DNA of 60,496 bases from Hafnia phage Enc34. Each line of letters opens with the position of its first letter. Position 1 is the first letter of the stretch. The position numbers and the translations under genes are program-made. This document shows positions 20,838 through 30,867 of the stretch, in pieces. Under the pieces are notes generated by a model. That model was not told the origin of the DNA. It did not search any database and saw only the letters and a program-made list of their open reading frames with translations. The stretch lies in the sequence record NC_019524.2; one strand, given 5' to 3'.

Positions 20838-21278
20838 ATGTCATTAGCAAACTTCAAACCCGAAGTAGAAGAAATTAAGTACAAAGGCCAGACCGTATTC
20901 ACAGTTCGCGGCCTATCATTCTTTGATATTTCAAAAATCGTCCGCGTGCATTATCACGATCTGGATAGCCTATTCGACCTGTATGAGAATACAGCCGGGC
21001 AGGACTTCACCGCCATCGCAACTGGCAAATTTGCCGTGAACCTAATCAACGATGCCCCGGGTATCATTTCACATATCATCGCGCTTGCCGCCGATGAAGA
21101 AGACCAACTGGAAACCGTTCAGAAGTTAGGGATCATGACGCAGTATGAGGCGTTGGTCGCTATCGGTCGTCTTACCTTCTCGGACGTTGAAGAAGTAAAA
21201 AAGATGGTCGCTCAGGTGGTGGGGCTAGTGAAGAAAGTCAAGGCGGAAGACCAGACGTCCGCAGCAAACGCGAAGTAG
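20838..21278 (+). CDS. tail assembly chaperone G
   Basis: Position upstream of the tape measure gene. Contains the slippery site near its 3' end. Confidence 0.6.
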   Translation: MSLANFKPEVEEIKYKGQTVFTVRGLSFFDISKIVRVHYHDLDSLFDLYENTAGQDFTAIATGKFAVNLINDAPGIISHIIALAADEEDQLETVQKLGIMTQYEALVAIGRLTFSDVEEVKKMVAQVVGLVKKVKAEDQTSAANAK

Positions 21279-21520
21279 TTCTCGACTTCCATAATCAACT
21301 TCGCGCCAGTGTGTCCTTCCTCCTATCGGAAGGGCACTCGTCTGCTGGGCACTACCCGCTAGGTTATTTATGGAGTGAAGTAAAAATCGCTCGTCGCCGG
21401 GTGAACGCCAGTCACGTTACACAAAGCCTACTGATGCAGGCGTGTATCGGGGCAGTCATGAACGGTAAGAAGGGCGGGCCAGAATATAAGAAATTGATTA
21501 AGGGGTTACAAGATGGCTAA
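20838..21520 (+). CDS. tail assembly chaperone G-T fusion (-1 frameshift product)
   Basis: After a -1 slip at 21197-21203 the -1 frame stays open to 21520 (translation ...GLVKKVKAEDQTSAANAKVVLDFHNQLRASVSFLLSEGH...). Confidence 0.55.
21197..21203 (+). other. A_AAA_AAG -1 slippery heptamer
   Basis: In frame 0 of gene G the heptamer reads a aaa aag (V-K-K), the canonical X_XXY_YYZ pattern. Confidence 0.6.
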
Positions 21521-22259
21521 CAGTAAAGACGTTGAGTTACGAATCCGGGCTAGGGATTACAGCCAGAAGCCGCTTAAAGCCGTGTCGAAAGCCATCAATG
21601 AAATGGCCCGGGCGCAGGAAGAACAGCGTAAGGCGGCGGAGCGCGGAGAAGTCTCAACGCGTGATCTGGAAGCCTCGTATAAGAAATTAGAATCAGCCGG
21701 GCAGCAGTTGCTTAAACTCAACTCGCTGATTGAGGTGTTCAAACGCCAAAATCTAGCAATGTCCGAAGCGACCACCAAGACCGAGGCATTACGCGCCAAG
21801 CAGAAAGAATTGCAGTCCGCGTATGACTCGGCATCCACCGTTACCAAGAAACAGGAAACGGCGCTCGCCAGAATTAACCGTCAAGTCGAAGCCGCGACTA
21901 AAGCCGAGGCTACACGCGCAGCAACCCTAGCCCGAACCACAAAAGAGATGGAACGCTACGGCATTGAGACAACCAAGATTGGTCAGGCTCAAAGCGGTAT
22001 CGTTAACAGCGTTTCTCAGGTCAATAAGGTTCTGCAGCGTCAGGATGAGATTATCGCTACGGCAGGTGCGGCAGCGGCACAGTCTAAAATCATCAACGGA
22101 CTGCAGCAGCAAGCCAACCAAGCCATTGCGACGGCGAAGGGGTACCAAACGTTAGGCCGCGTCGTTCAGACGACCACGGGGCAGCTAGGGCCGTTGGGTA
22201 AGCAGATTCAGCAGATCGTCAGCCCGGCAGAAGCCGCGCGGTCTACCTGTCTGGATTAG
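21513..22259 (+). CDS. tape measure protein, N-terminal segment
   Basis: Coiled-coil-like N-terminus directly after T. Frame 0 ends at 22259, while frame 2 is open from 22202. Confidence 0.55.
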   Translation: MANSKDVELRIRARDYSQKPLKAVSKAINEMARAQEEQRKAAERGEVSTRDLEASYKKLESAGQQLLKLNSLIEVFKRQNLAMSEATTKTEALRAKQKELQSAYDSASTVTKKQETALARINRQVEAATKAEATRAATLARTTKEMERYGIETTKIGQAQSGIVNSVSQVNKVLQRQDEIIATAGAAAAQSKIINGLQQQANQAIATAKGYQTLGRVVQTTTGQLGPLGKQIQQIVSPAEAARSTCLD

Positions 22260-22336
22260 AGAAGCAGGTATCCGGCGTATCGTCACAACTGAACCGTTCT
22301 GGTCAGGCCATTGACGGTGCCGCGCAAAAACTGCGA

Positions 22337-24610
22337 ATGCTTAACGAGGCTAACAAAACCGTAACGGCATTAGCACAACAGATTGACATGTACCGTCAGC
22401 AGATGACAGTATTGCGCGGTGCCCGCACTGAATACCGAAATGCCCGTCAGGATGTGATTAATCTTGCGCAGCAGATGCGAACAGCAACGACAGACACCGG
22501 GGCACTCGGTATTCAGATGCAGGCCGCACAGCAGCGTTTAAGCGCCGCAGCCGCAGCACTCCGCAACACAGGCAACTCCGCTCGATCCGTACAGGCCGCA
22601 CTCCGCTCCGCAGGCGTGGACACGCGATACCTGACCGACGCGGAAATGCGCCTAATCGCGACAAGCCAGCAATCATCTACCGCCGTTAACGTCCTGACAG
22701 AAGCCTTGAAACGAAACGCAGGTGCAGCCCGTGATGGCGGCAAAGCGTTTTCCTTCTTCGCGGATAATGGGCGTACAACCCTGTCTGCCGTTCAGCGTTT
22801 AAAAGGTGAAGTCCTTGCACTGACAACCACGTATATCGGTTTTCAGGGGGCAATCAACTTAGCGGGTGGTGCGGTAGAAGCCTATAAGATGCGTCAACAG
22901 GCCATGGTGAAAATCGCTACGGTCGTGGGCAACAGCCAAGCCAACATCAACAAAGAATGGGAATACATGATCGGCTTGTCTAACAAGCTCGGTATTGACC
23001 TGACTACGTTATCTTCGTCTTACACGAAATTTGCGGTAGCCGCTAAGTCCGTTGGGATGTCATTGCAGGATACAAAGTTTATCTTCGAAAGTATCGCGAA
23101 GACAGGCCGTGTATTCCACTTATCACAAGATGACATGGAAGGTGTGTTTAAAGCACTGGAACAGATGTTGTCTAAAGGTCAGGTCTACGCCGAAGAATTG
23201 CGTGGTCAGTTGGGTGAACGTCTACCGGGCGCATTCGCTATGTTCGCGAAGGGCATGGACATGACGACCCAAGAACTGATTAAGGCGATGGAAAACGGGG
23301 AGATCTCAGGCGAAGCGGTTATCAACTTTGCCCGCGAACAAGGTAAATCAATTGACGCGCAGTTAGCTACGGCGACGAAAGGTGTTGACGCCATGGAAGC
23401 GCGTTCCCGTAACGCCATGACCATGTTCAAACTTGCGCTGGCGGACTCAGGGTTTATCGAAGCCTACGTTCAAATGCTCAACAAGATCACCGAATTCCTA
23501 AGCAGCAGCGATGGCAAACAGGCCGCGCAGCAATTAGGCGAGGCGTTCTCTAAAGTAGCCGATGCGGTTATTTGGTTGGTCGATAATCTGGATGGCCTGA
23601 TTACGGTACTCAGCATCTTTGCCGGGTTGAAAGTGGTCGGCTTCCTCGTCGGCATCTGGCAAAACTTGGTCAAGCTAATCCCGCTCATCAATCAGTTTGC
23701 AAAAGTGGGCAACGGCATTATCGGTGTCATGGAAACGTGGGCAGCACGAATGATTGCGGCACGCGGGGCTATCGGTCTTCTCGGTGTGGCGCTGCAGGGG
23801 CTAACTCGCCTCATCCCGATCCTTGGGTGGGCACTGCTGGCCTATGACATCGGCGCAATCATGTACGAGCAGTCACAGACGTTCCGTGAGGGCGTTAACG
23901 CTGTGGTTCGGGACTTCCAACATCTAGGTAATCAGGTACTAGCAATTGCGAAGACCATGCCGACCGCGCTGTATGATTTGGTCGTGTCTATCGTGCGCCC
24001 AATCACCACGATGTTCAGCTCAACGACCAAGATGATTATCGGTTGGATTGCTGACGTTCTGCGTCTGATCCCGGGCGTCGGTGAAGGGCTGGCTGATTGG
24101 GCAACGTCCATCGGTGATGACCTGACCAAAGAACAGCGCAGCTTCATGGAGTCGACGGGCCAGCTATGGGATGACGTCAATAAGAAGTGGGTCAAACTTA
24201 ACGACGATATGGTCGCTAAGAACGCGGACGCTACAGCCATCATCAAAGGCAAAGTGGCGGATATGGTTTCCGACATTAAGGCCATCACCAAAGACGGCTT
24301 TGAGTTTACCGCCGACCCGGAAACAGGCGTTACCAAACGTCAGCGTGAGATTAAAGGGCTGACCAAAGAACTAGGCAAGATGGAAGAGGCCGCGAAGAAA
24401 GCCGACGTCGCAGCCCGTAAAGCCGAGCAGCGTAAAAACCTGCCGGGCCGATTGAAGATTATTGATGAGGAATTTGCGCCTCAGTACGCCCGTGCTAAGT
24501 CGATTGGGGGTAGCGAAGGTGATGCCATGACTAAACGTCTGGACGCCATCGTAGCGGCTCGCAAGAAAAGCAGAGAGCACACTGTTTGCATCACAGCAGA
24601 AAACGACTAG
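22337..24610 (+). CDS. tape measure protein, central segment
   Basis: Central-domain-like region (KGQVYAEELRGQLGERLPGAFAMF), hydrophobic stretches and Gly-rich segments. Confidence 0.65.
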   Translation: MLNEANKTVTALAQQIDMYRQQMTVLRGARTEYRNARQDVINLAQQMRTATTDTGALGIQMQAAQQRLSAAAAALRNTGNSARSVQAALRSAGVDTRYLTDAEMRLIATSQQSSTAVNVLTEALKRNAGAARDGGKAFSFFADNGRTTLSAVQRLKGEVLALTTTYIGFQGAINLAGGAVEAYKMRQQAMVKIATVVGNSQANINKEWEYMIGLSNKLGIDLTTLSSSYTKFAVAAKSVGMSLQDTKFIFESIAKTGRVFHLSQDDMEGVFKALEQMLSKGQVYAEELRGQLGERLPGAFAMFAKGMDMTTQELIKAMENGEISGEAVINFAREQGKSIDAQLATATKGVDAMEARSRNAMTMFKLALADSGFIEAYVQMLNKITEFLSSSDGKQAAQQLGEAFSKVADAVIWLVDNLDGLITVLSIFAGLKVVGFLVGIWQNLVKLIPLINQFAKVGNGIIGVMETWAARMIAARGAIGLLGVALQGLTRLIPILGWALLAYDIGAIMYEQSQTFREGVNAVVRDFQHLGNQVLAIAKTMPTALYDLVVSIVRPITTMFSSTTKMIIGWIADVLRLIPGVGEGLADWATSIGDDLTKEQRSFMESTGQLWDDVNKKWVKLNDDMVAKNADATAIIKGKVADMVSDIKAITKDGFEFTADPETGVTKRQREIKGLTKELGKMEEAAKKADVAARKAEQRKNLPGRLKIIDEEFAPQYARAKSIGGSEGDAMTKRLDAIVAARKKSREHTVCITAEND

Positions 24611-24665
24611 CGGCATCAAGGGGCAAGAGAACGCCCTGCAAGCGCTGATTAACAAGTACAAAGAG

Positions 24666-25805
24666 TTGGACGCGGCGGTAGGGGTCAAAGAAGCGAAGCA
24701 AGATCCTAACGCGAGTTTTGATGACCGATTGGCGGCGAAACTGCAGGCAGTGAATGTCCAGTATGACGCGCTGATCGCTAAGGCTGATAAACTCGGTGGC
24801 AAGACTGGCACTAAACTTGGTGAGGACTTCGAAGCGCTCCGCAAGCGTAACTTGGAATACGCAACCACGCAGGCCAAACTTGAAGAACTGAAACGCATTG
24901 AGGATCAACTCACAGCGCAGCAGAACACCAAGAAAAACCTACTGGATGAAATTAACGCGAAACGTCAAGCCGGGGTTATCTCAGAGAATGACGCCGTAGC
25001 ACAGACCATCGCGCTGTACGGGCAGATGAATACGTCAATTGCTTCGTCGGCTATGCAGCTTGAGGCGTTTGCCACCAAAGTGAAAGACACCATGTCGCCG
25101 GAAGAGTACAGCCGGATCATGGCGTCTATCGCGTCAATTAACGCCGGGCTGGTGGATTTGACCGGGACGTTTACGACCATGGACACCACCGTCGTACAGG
25201 GCGTTCTTGACGGTATGTCTACCGCGCTATCTACCATCACGTCTGAACTGGTAAACGTGGTAGCAGGTACGCAGAGTTTAGGCGGTGCGTTGCAGCAGGC
25301 AGGCGTGGCAGTGGCCCGATTCTTTGCTGACTTCTTGCAGAAGATTGCCATGGCGATTTTGCAGCAATTGGCGTTGAACGCGTTAGCCGGGATGGGTGGT
25401 GGTATCGGCGGTGCCGCGTCAGCAATGGGTGGTGTAGCCGCGAAGCATAACGGCGGGATCGTTGGCAGCAAGTCAACGGGCGGGATGCAGACACGTAGCT
25501 CTACTAGCCCGTCCCTGTTTGTCGGCGCACCGCGATTCCATGACGGCGGTCTGCCGGGCTTGAAGTCAGATGAGGTGCCGACCATCTTGCAGAAAGGTGA
25601 ACAGGTGTTGTCCAAGAATGACCCGAACAACATCCTGAACCAGTCGAAAGGTGGTACCAGCACACAGCAGCAACAAGCCATGCGTTTCGTTTTAGTTGAC
25701 GACCGCACAAAAGTGCCCGAGGCTATGAATACCCCGGAGGGCGAAACCGCTGTTATGCAGATCTTGCAGCGTAACGTCTTAACGCTCAAAAACTTGGTAG
25801 GATAA
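24666..25805 (+). CDS. tape measure protein, C-terminal segment
   Basis: Frame 0 is open from 24555 and overlaps the previous segment. Gly-rich tape-measure-like C-terminus. Confidence 0.55.
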   Translation: MDAAVGVKEAKQDPNASFDDRLAAKLQAVNVQYDALIAKADKLGGKTGTKLGEDFEALRKRNLEYATTQAKLEELKRIEDQLTAQQNTKKNLLDEINAKRQAGVISENDAVAQTIALYGQMNTSIASSAMQLEAFATKVKDTMSPEEYSRIMASIASINAGLVDLTGTFTTMDTTVVQGVLDGMSTALSTITSELVNVVAGTQSLGGALQQAGVAVARFFADFLQKIAMAILQQLALNALAGMGGGIGGAASAMGGVAAKHNGGIVGSKSTGGMQTRSSTSPSLFVGAPRFHDGGLPGLKSDEVPTILQKGEQVLSKNDPNNILNQSKGGTSTQQQQAMRFVLVDDRTKVPEAMNTPEGETAVMQILQRNVLTLKNLVG

Positions 25806-25806
25806 A

Positions 25807-27516
25807 ATGGCGCTTACAGGTTTAAGACCAGCACGCGAAACTAATACGCTCGGTAATGCGCCGAGCCATTACGCCACGCTTAACGGGGCATATGACCTGT
25901 TCGTTCAGGACTCGTATGCCAATGGCGGCGTGAACCAGACGTACTACATGGCGAAGTGGTTCAAACTCAAAGCGGGTACGTACCACGTCCGCGCCATTGC
26001 TGACGATTCCGGCTCGCTGTCCGTAGATAAAAACATCGTGTTTAGCGGATCTCACGGCGCGACGTGGACTGACCCGATTGAAGGGGACTTCACCGTCGAG
26101 CAAAATGGCGTGTACCGGTTCGACTGCATCTATAAAAACGTCCCGGAGAATACCCCGGCGTTCATGTGTTATGAGATAACACTGGATGGCGAGGTCTATG
26201 AGGTTTCCCGCGCCAACGATTATATTGCCGACCTAGTACCGATCCCGGACAGCGCACTTGGGCCAAAGCCACCGTACTCAGATGACGCCCGCCTGACCTA
26301 CCCGGTGTTCCTGCCGTTGCCCAATTGGAAAGATGGTGTGACCGAGCGCATCGAATGGCAGACCGACGTTTTAGTTTCGGAAACGGGGGCAGAACAGCGC
26401 CGCCCGATCCGCCTACATCCACGCCGTTCGTTTGAGGGTTCTTTCCTGCGCTGGGAGGAAAACCGCACGATACTGGATACGACCGTCGCGGGTATCGGCA
26501 GCGCACCATTGCTGTTACCGCTGTGGCACGATATGACTGCGACCGAGAATGACGCCTCAGCCGGGGCAGTAGACATCTTCGGGCAATTTCTGGTTAAGGA
26601 TTTCAACGTTGGTGACGTCGTACTGTTCCGCCGTGATCTGCGATGGGATTACGAGGTTAACATTATTGCAGGGCTAGACGTGGACGCAGGCCATATGACG
26701 TTGCAGTTTGGCCTACAGACCGATACACCGAAAGGCACTCGACTCTATCCGGTGCGAGTTGCGCAGATCCGTGATGATATGTCTGGCACGCAGCTAACCG
26801 ATTCGGTGGCGCAACTTCAACTGCGCTTCTACTGCCTTGAGAACTATTCACTACCGCCGTCGTGGTCAAACATGCCGACTTACACCCGAACCGGGCTGCA
26901 TATTTTACGACTGCCGGAAGACTGGACGTCAGGGAATGAGATTACGTCATCGCGCCTGACATTCAGCTACGATAACCAATCTGGCCCGGTCGTCTTGGTA
27001 GACCCCGGCAACCAGAACTATGCGAGCGTGAAGAAGCAGTACACGATTACCGGACGTACCAACGACCGCCAATTCCGCCAGATCTTGTTTGCGCTGAAAG
27101 GCCGCACCAAGACTTTCCACCTACCGCTTGATACTAATGACTTCATCCTAACCCGCGATATTAATCCGGCAGATGGGGCGCTCATCGTTCGCAGATGCGG
27201 TTACACTCAGTACGTCGGTGGCACGCAGGAAACGAAACGCGACATCCTGATTGAACTGTACGATGGTACTATCATCCCGACCACCATCATTTCAAGTCGA
27301 ACCGTTCAGGAAGAAGAGTGGTTATTTTTGTCGCAATCTGTACCTGCAACGTCCAGAAACAACGTCCGTCGCATCGGATATATGCCAATTTCGCGATTAG
27401 ATGTTGACGGAATCGAAATAAAACGTTTGACTGACTCGGCGGGCGTAAGTCAAGTTTCCCTAACCTACAAAGCATTCGACGATAGGAGGGAGGCGCAGCC
27501 CGTCCCATTACCATAA
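25807..27516 (+). CDS. distal tail protein-like (569 aa)
   Basis: Position directly after the tape measure gene. The TERIEWQTDVLVSETGAEQRRP region resembles minor tail protein families. Confidence 0.5.
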   Translation: MALTGLRPARETNTLGNAPSHYATLNGAYDLFVQDSYANGGVNQTYYMAKWFKLKAGTYHVRAIADDSGSLSVDKNIVFSGSHGATWTDPIEGDFTVEQNGVYRFDCIYKNVPENTPAFMCYEITLDGEVYEVSRANDYIADLVPIPDSALGPKPPYSDDARLTYPVFLPLPNWKDGVTERIEWQTDVLVSETGAEQRRPIRLHPRRSFEGSFLRWEENRTILDTTVAGIGSAPLLLPLWHDMTATENDASAGAVDIFGQFLVKDFNVGDVVLFRRDLRWDYEVNIIAGLDVDAGHMTLQFGLQTDTPKGTRLYPVRVAQIRDDMSGTQLTDSVAQLQLRFYCLENYSLPPSWSNMPTYTRTGLHILRLPEDWTSGNEITSSRLTFSYDNQSGPVVLVDPGNQNYASVKKQYTITGRTNDRQFRQILFALKGRTKTFHLPLDTNDFILTRDINPADGALIVRRCGYTQYVGGTQETKRDILIELYDGTIIPTTIISSRTVQEEEWLFLSQSVPATSRNNVRRIGYMPISRLDVDGIEIKRLTDSAGVSQVSLTYKAFDDRREAQPVPLP

Positions 27517-27525
27517 GAGGGGCGT

Positions 27526-28341
27526 ATGAGCTACAACATTCAGGAAACATCCAACGACAATGGACAGCCGATTTACTTGTATGAGTTTCGGCTGTTAGAT
27601 AAATACTGGCGCTATACGTCCGCAGACGCTAAAGTAAGCCTGCTGGGGAGCGTTTGGGAACCGATAGGGATGTCCGACGACGGGATTAAACAGACGGGCG
27701 AGGCAAAGACGGATGCGCTAAATCTAACTATGCCAACCTCGACTGCCTTAGTCGGACTCTTTATCGGAACCCCGCCCGGCGCACCAGTATTCCTCACATG
27801 CCGCCGCTACCATGAAGTCGATAACGACCCAATCGTCTGCTACGTGGGCCAAGTTACAACCATCAATCTATCTACCCCGATGACCGCCATCGTGACGTGT
27901 GCGACCCTATCTGCGACCCTTGAGCGCAATGGCCTGCGTCTGGCGTGGAGCCGTGGCTGTCCGCACGCGCTTTACGATGGACAATGCCGCGTAGACAAAG
28001 CCCGCTTCCTCGTAAATGCTACAGTTAAAACGGTTGGTGCCGGGACTGTTAAGTCGGATGCCTACAAAGCGTTCCCGGATGCCTACTTCGCGGGTGGGTA
28101 CATTGAGTGGATTGACCCGATGTACGGAACAGAACGCCGTGGGATTGAATCTCATACAGGTGATACTATTGAGATCTTCGGTACCGTTGACGGTTTAGCC
28201 GGGGGCTACATCCTGAAAACCTATCCGGGCTGTGCGCGTACTACTGCAGCATGTGATACCAAGTTTAACAATCTAGACAACTACGGCGGTGTTCCATCGC
28301 TGCCAGACCGCTCGCCGTTCGACGGCAATCCATTATTCTAA
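27526..28341 (+). CDS. tail hub protein (DUF2163/BR0599-like)
   Basis: About 270 aa at the position of GTA-type tail-tip modules. Confidence 0.45.
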   Translation: MSYNIQETSNDNGQPIYLYEFRLLDKYWRYTSADAKVSLLGSVWEPIGMSDDGIKQTGEAKTDALNLTMPTSTALVGLFIGTPPGAPVFLTCRRYHEVDNDPIVCYVGQVTTINLSTPMTAIVTCATLSATLERNGLRLAWSRGCPHALYDGQCRVDKARFLVNATVKTVGAGTVKSDAYKAFPDAYFAGGYIEWIDPMYGTERRGIESHTGDTIEIFGTVDGLAGGYILKTYPGCARTTAACDTKFNNLDNYGGVPSLPDRSPFDGNPLF

Positions 28342-28353
28342 GGAGAACTAAAT

Positions 28354-28590
28354 ATGTGGTGGGCACTAGCAATGCTTGTGGCGTCCGTGCTGATCAACGT
28401 AGCACTCGCGCCGAAAAGCACATCGAATGATCCGAAAGCCGCGACTATTGATGACTTCGACATCCCGCAAGTTAAAGAAGGGACGCCGCAGTCCGTAGTA
28501 TTCGGGGAGGTCTGGTCATCTGACTGGCAAGTATTAGGGTTCGGAAACTTCCGCACCAAGGCTGTTAAAGCGAAACAGGCGAAAAAATAA
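28354..28590 (+). CDS. small membrane-anchored tail module protein
   Basis: N-terminal TM helix (WWALAMLVASVLINVALA). GGAG RBS. Confidence 0.35.
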   Translation: MWWALAMLVASVLINVALAPKSTSNDPKAATIDDFDIPQVKEGTPQSVVFGEVWSSDWQVLGFGNFRTKAVKAKQAKK

Positions 28591-28823
28591 TGAGCACACA
28601 AGACGACTCAGAGCCAAGAATCCACATGCGGCACGCCCGGCAGTTGGGTTATTGCACTCGCGGATCAGAACGGTTATCCGAGCGGTTCGGGATGACGTTC
28701 GAAGAATTTCTAGAAAAAGGGTACCCGGTATCGGAAGCCGAGAAGTCAAACAACCCGCTACTGCGCAAGGCCGCAATGTTAGCGCGAGCGGAATGGGAAG
28801 AGGCACATGGGAATGGGAAGTAA
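28590..28823 (+). CDS. hypothetical protein
   Basis: Start/stop coupled in a tight operon. Confidence 0.3.
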   Translation: MSTQDDSEPRIHMRHARQLGYCTRGSERLSERFGMTFEEFLEKGYPVSEAEKSNNPLLRKAAMLARAEWEEAHGNGK

Positions 28824-30867
28824 GGCTAAAAAGATTACGGTGGGTTTCAAGTATTACATGGGCCTGTTCATGGGGTTATCCCGTGGGCCAGTCAATGAGA
28901 TTACTGAAATTCGTGTAGGCGACCGAACCGCATGGACAGGTTCAGTTAAGACGTCGCAGACAATCAACATCAACAAGCCAGAACTATTCGGGGGCACGAA
29001 AGCCGAAGGTGGGGTAGAAGGGCCACTTGAGATTTACATGGGGGAGGCTAACCAGACGATCAGTCAGGCATTGCGCAACATGCTCGGCGGTCGACAGCCT
29101 CAATTCCGTGGTGTGGTCACAATGTTCTTTGATGGCCTAGTCTGCGCGATGAGTCCATATCCGAAAGCATGGAAATTCAAGACGCGCCGCTCTACTGCCG
29201 GGTGGGAAGGTGGTGTGTGGTATGCGGCAAAGTGCCTAATTAAGATGACCGGGTACGACGCGGCAGGCAAAGAGTTTGAGATCCACGCGATGAACCCGGT
29301 ACACATCATCTACGAATGTCAGTCAAATGTTGCGTGGGGTCGTGGCCTAGACCGTTCTCAGATTGATGACGTGTCATTCCGTAAAGCCGCAGACCAGTGT
29401 TACGAAGAAGGCTTTGGCCTTTGTATGCGATGGACACGTCAGGATACGTTGCAAGCGTTCATGCAGCTAATCCTTGACCATGTAGGCGGCGTGCTATCGG
29501 TCAGCAAGCAGACGGGTAAACTGACTATCCGCCTGATCCGTGATGACTATGACTCAGACAACTTGCCGATTTTCGATATGGATTCTGGCCTGCTGTCCAT
29601 TGAGGAAGCGACTAACGCCTCGCCTGCAGATTTCGTTAACGAGGTCATCGTCACCTACCACAACCCGATTATGGATGAGGATCAGCAAGTCCGCTGCCAC
29701 AACCTAGCGCAAATCCAGAATCAGGGATGTCTCAACAGTAACACCGTGGACTACAAAGGTGTGCCGACTGGTAAGCTGGCGATGATACTGGCGCAACGCG
29801 ACCTACGTGTTTCGTCAACTAACGTCCGCCGTTTTACCATCACTTGCGACCGCCGCGCATGGAGCATTGAGCCGGGAGCCGTGTTCAAACTGCGTGACCC
29901 GAAACAACGTGGCCTGACCGAAGTTATCGTGCGCGTTGGTACGGTAGAAGATGGCACGCTGCCTGACGGTAAGATTAAGATTGTCGCCGTACAGGATCAG
30001 TTCGCGTTCCGCCTGAATACCTTCAACCAAGTTGAGCCGCCGTCCGGTTATGAGCCTGACTTGTCGCCCGCGATTGCCCGCCGCATCGTGTATGAAATGC
30101 CATACGTCGATCTGGTGCAGCAATTACCGGAAGCAGACCTGAATACCGTGGCAGCGACCGACGCGTTCATCAACTCCCAAGCAGAGAAGCCGACAGCGAT
30201 GTCCGCCGCGTTTGACATGGGCATCAAGGCCGAGGGTGAATCATCATACGACGTTCGCGGGAATGGTGACTTTGGTTCATTGGGCGCGTTACAGGCCGAC
30301 GTCGATTATCTGGACACACAGTTTAGACTCGGTGAGTTGTCACTGTGGGAAGACGTGGTTGTCGGCGCTGCAGCACGTATCAGTAAACCTGTCCTGCCGG
30401 GCCAGACAACGCAGATGGAAATTGCCGAAGAGTTTGTGCGTATCGACGCAATCAGCGGTGGCATCATCACGGTAGCACGCGGTGTTATGGATACTATTCC
30501 GCAACGCCACCAGAAAGGTGAACTGCTTTGGGTTACATCAATGGACGGTGGTACCGACTGGCAGCGCTACGCGGGTAACGAGAAAGTCGACATCAAGATC
30601 CTGCCGTGGACGCTAGGTGGTGGTCGCTATCCAATTGAAGACGCCCCGGTAGACCACATCGACTTCAACTTCCGCCAGATTCGACCATATCCACCGGGCA
30701 ACGTTCAGTGGGAATTGGCATCCAATCCGGGTCAGAAGTTCTACTGGTACAATCCGTCAGCCTTGACTTACACCGCAGCAGCGGGGAGAAACGCCAGACA
30801 GCTACACCCTGACGTGGGCACACCGCGACCGCAAATTACAGGCCGACAAGTTAATCGACTTCCATGA
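28807..30867 (+). CDS. central tail fiber / host-specificity protein, N-terminal segment
   Basis: Large tail-tip protein. Its reading frame continues in another frame after about 30780. Confidence 0.6.
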   Translation: MGMGSKAKKITVGFKYYMGLFMGLSRGPVNEITEIRVGDRTAWTGSVKTSQTININKPELFGGTKAEGGVEGPLEIYMGEANQTISQALRNMLGGRQPQFRGVVTMFFDGLVCAMSPYPKAWKFKTRRSTAGWEGGVWYAAKCLIKMTGYDAAGKEFEIHAMNPVHIIYECQSNVAWGRGLDRSQIDDVSFRKAADQCYEEGFGLCMRWTRQDTLQAFMQLILDHVGGVLSVSKQTGKLTIRLIRDDYDSDNLPIFDMDSGLLSIEEATNASPADFVNEVIVTYHNPIMDEDQQVRCHNLAQIQNQGCLNSNTVDYKGVPTGKLAMILAQRDLRVSSTNVRRFTITCDRRAWSIEPGAVFKLRDPKQRGLTEVIVRVGTVEDGTLPDGKIKIVAVQDQFAFRLNTFNQVEPPSGYEPDLSPAIARRIVYEMPYVDLVQQLPEADLNTVAATDAFINSQAEKPTAMSAAFDMGIKAEGESSYDVRGNGDFGSLGALQADVDYLDTQFRLGELSLWEDVVVGAAARISKPVLPGQTTQMEIAEEFVRIDAISGGIITVARGVMDTIPQRHQKGELLWVTSMDGGTDWQRYAGNEKVDIKILPWTLGGGRYPIEDAPVDHIDFNFRQIRPYPPGNVQWELASNPGQKFYWYNPSALTYTAAAGRNARQLHPDVGTPRPQITGRQVNRLP

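Noticed and set aside
21311-21520. Independent 69-aa gene after chaperone G
   Set aside because: The frame is open far upstream of the called start and sits exactly in the -1 frame of G, downstream of A_AAA_AAG. It is better explained as the T part of the G-T frameshift product.
21513-25805. Three separate tape-measure-like genes
   Set aside because: The frames overlap by 55-60 nt at both junctions, with homopolymer runs at the switch points. A single roughly 1430-aa tape measure protein fits the tail length implied by this genome size.
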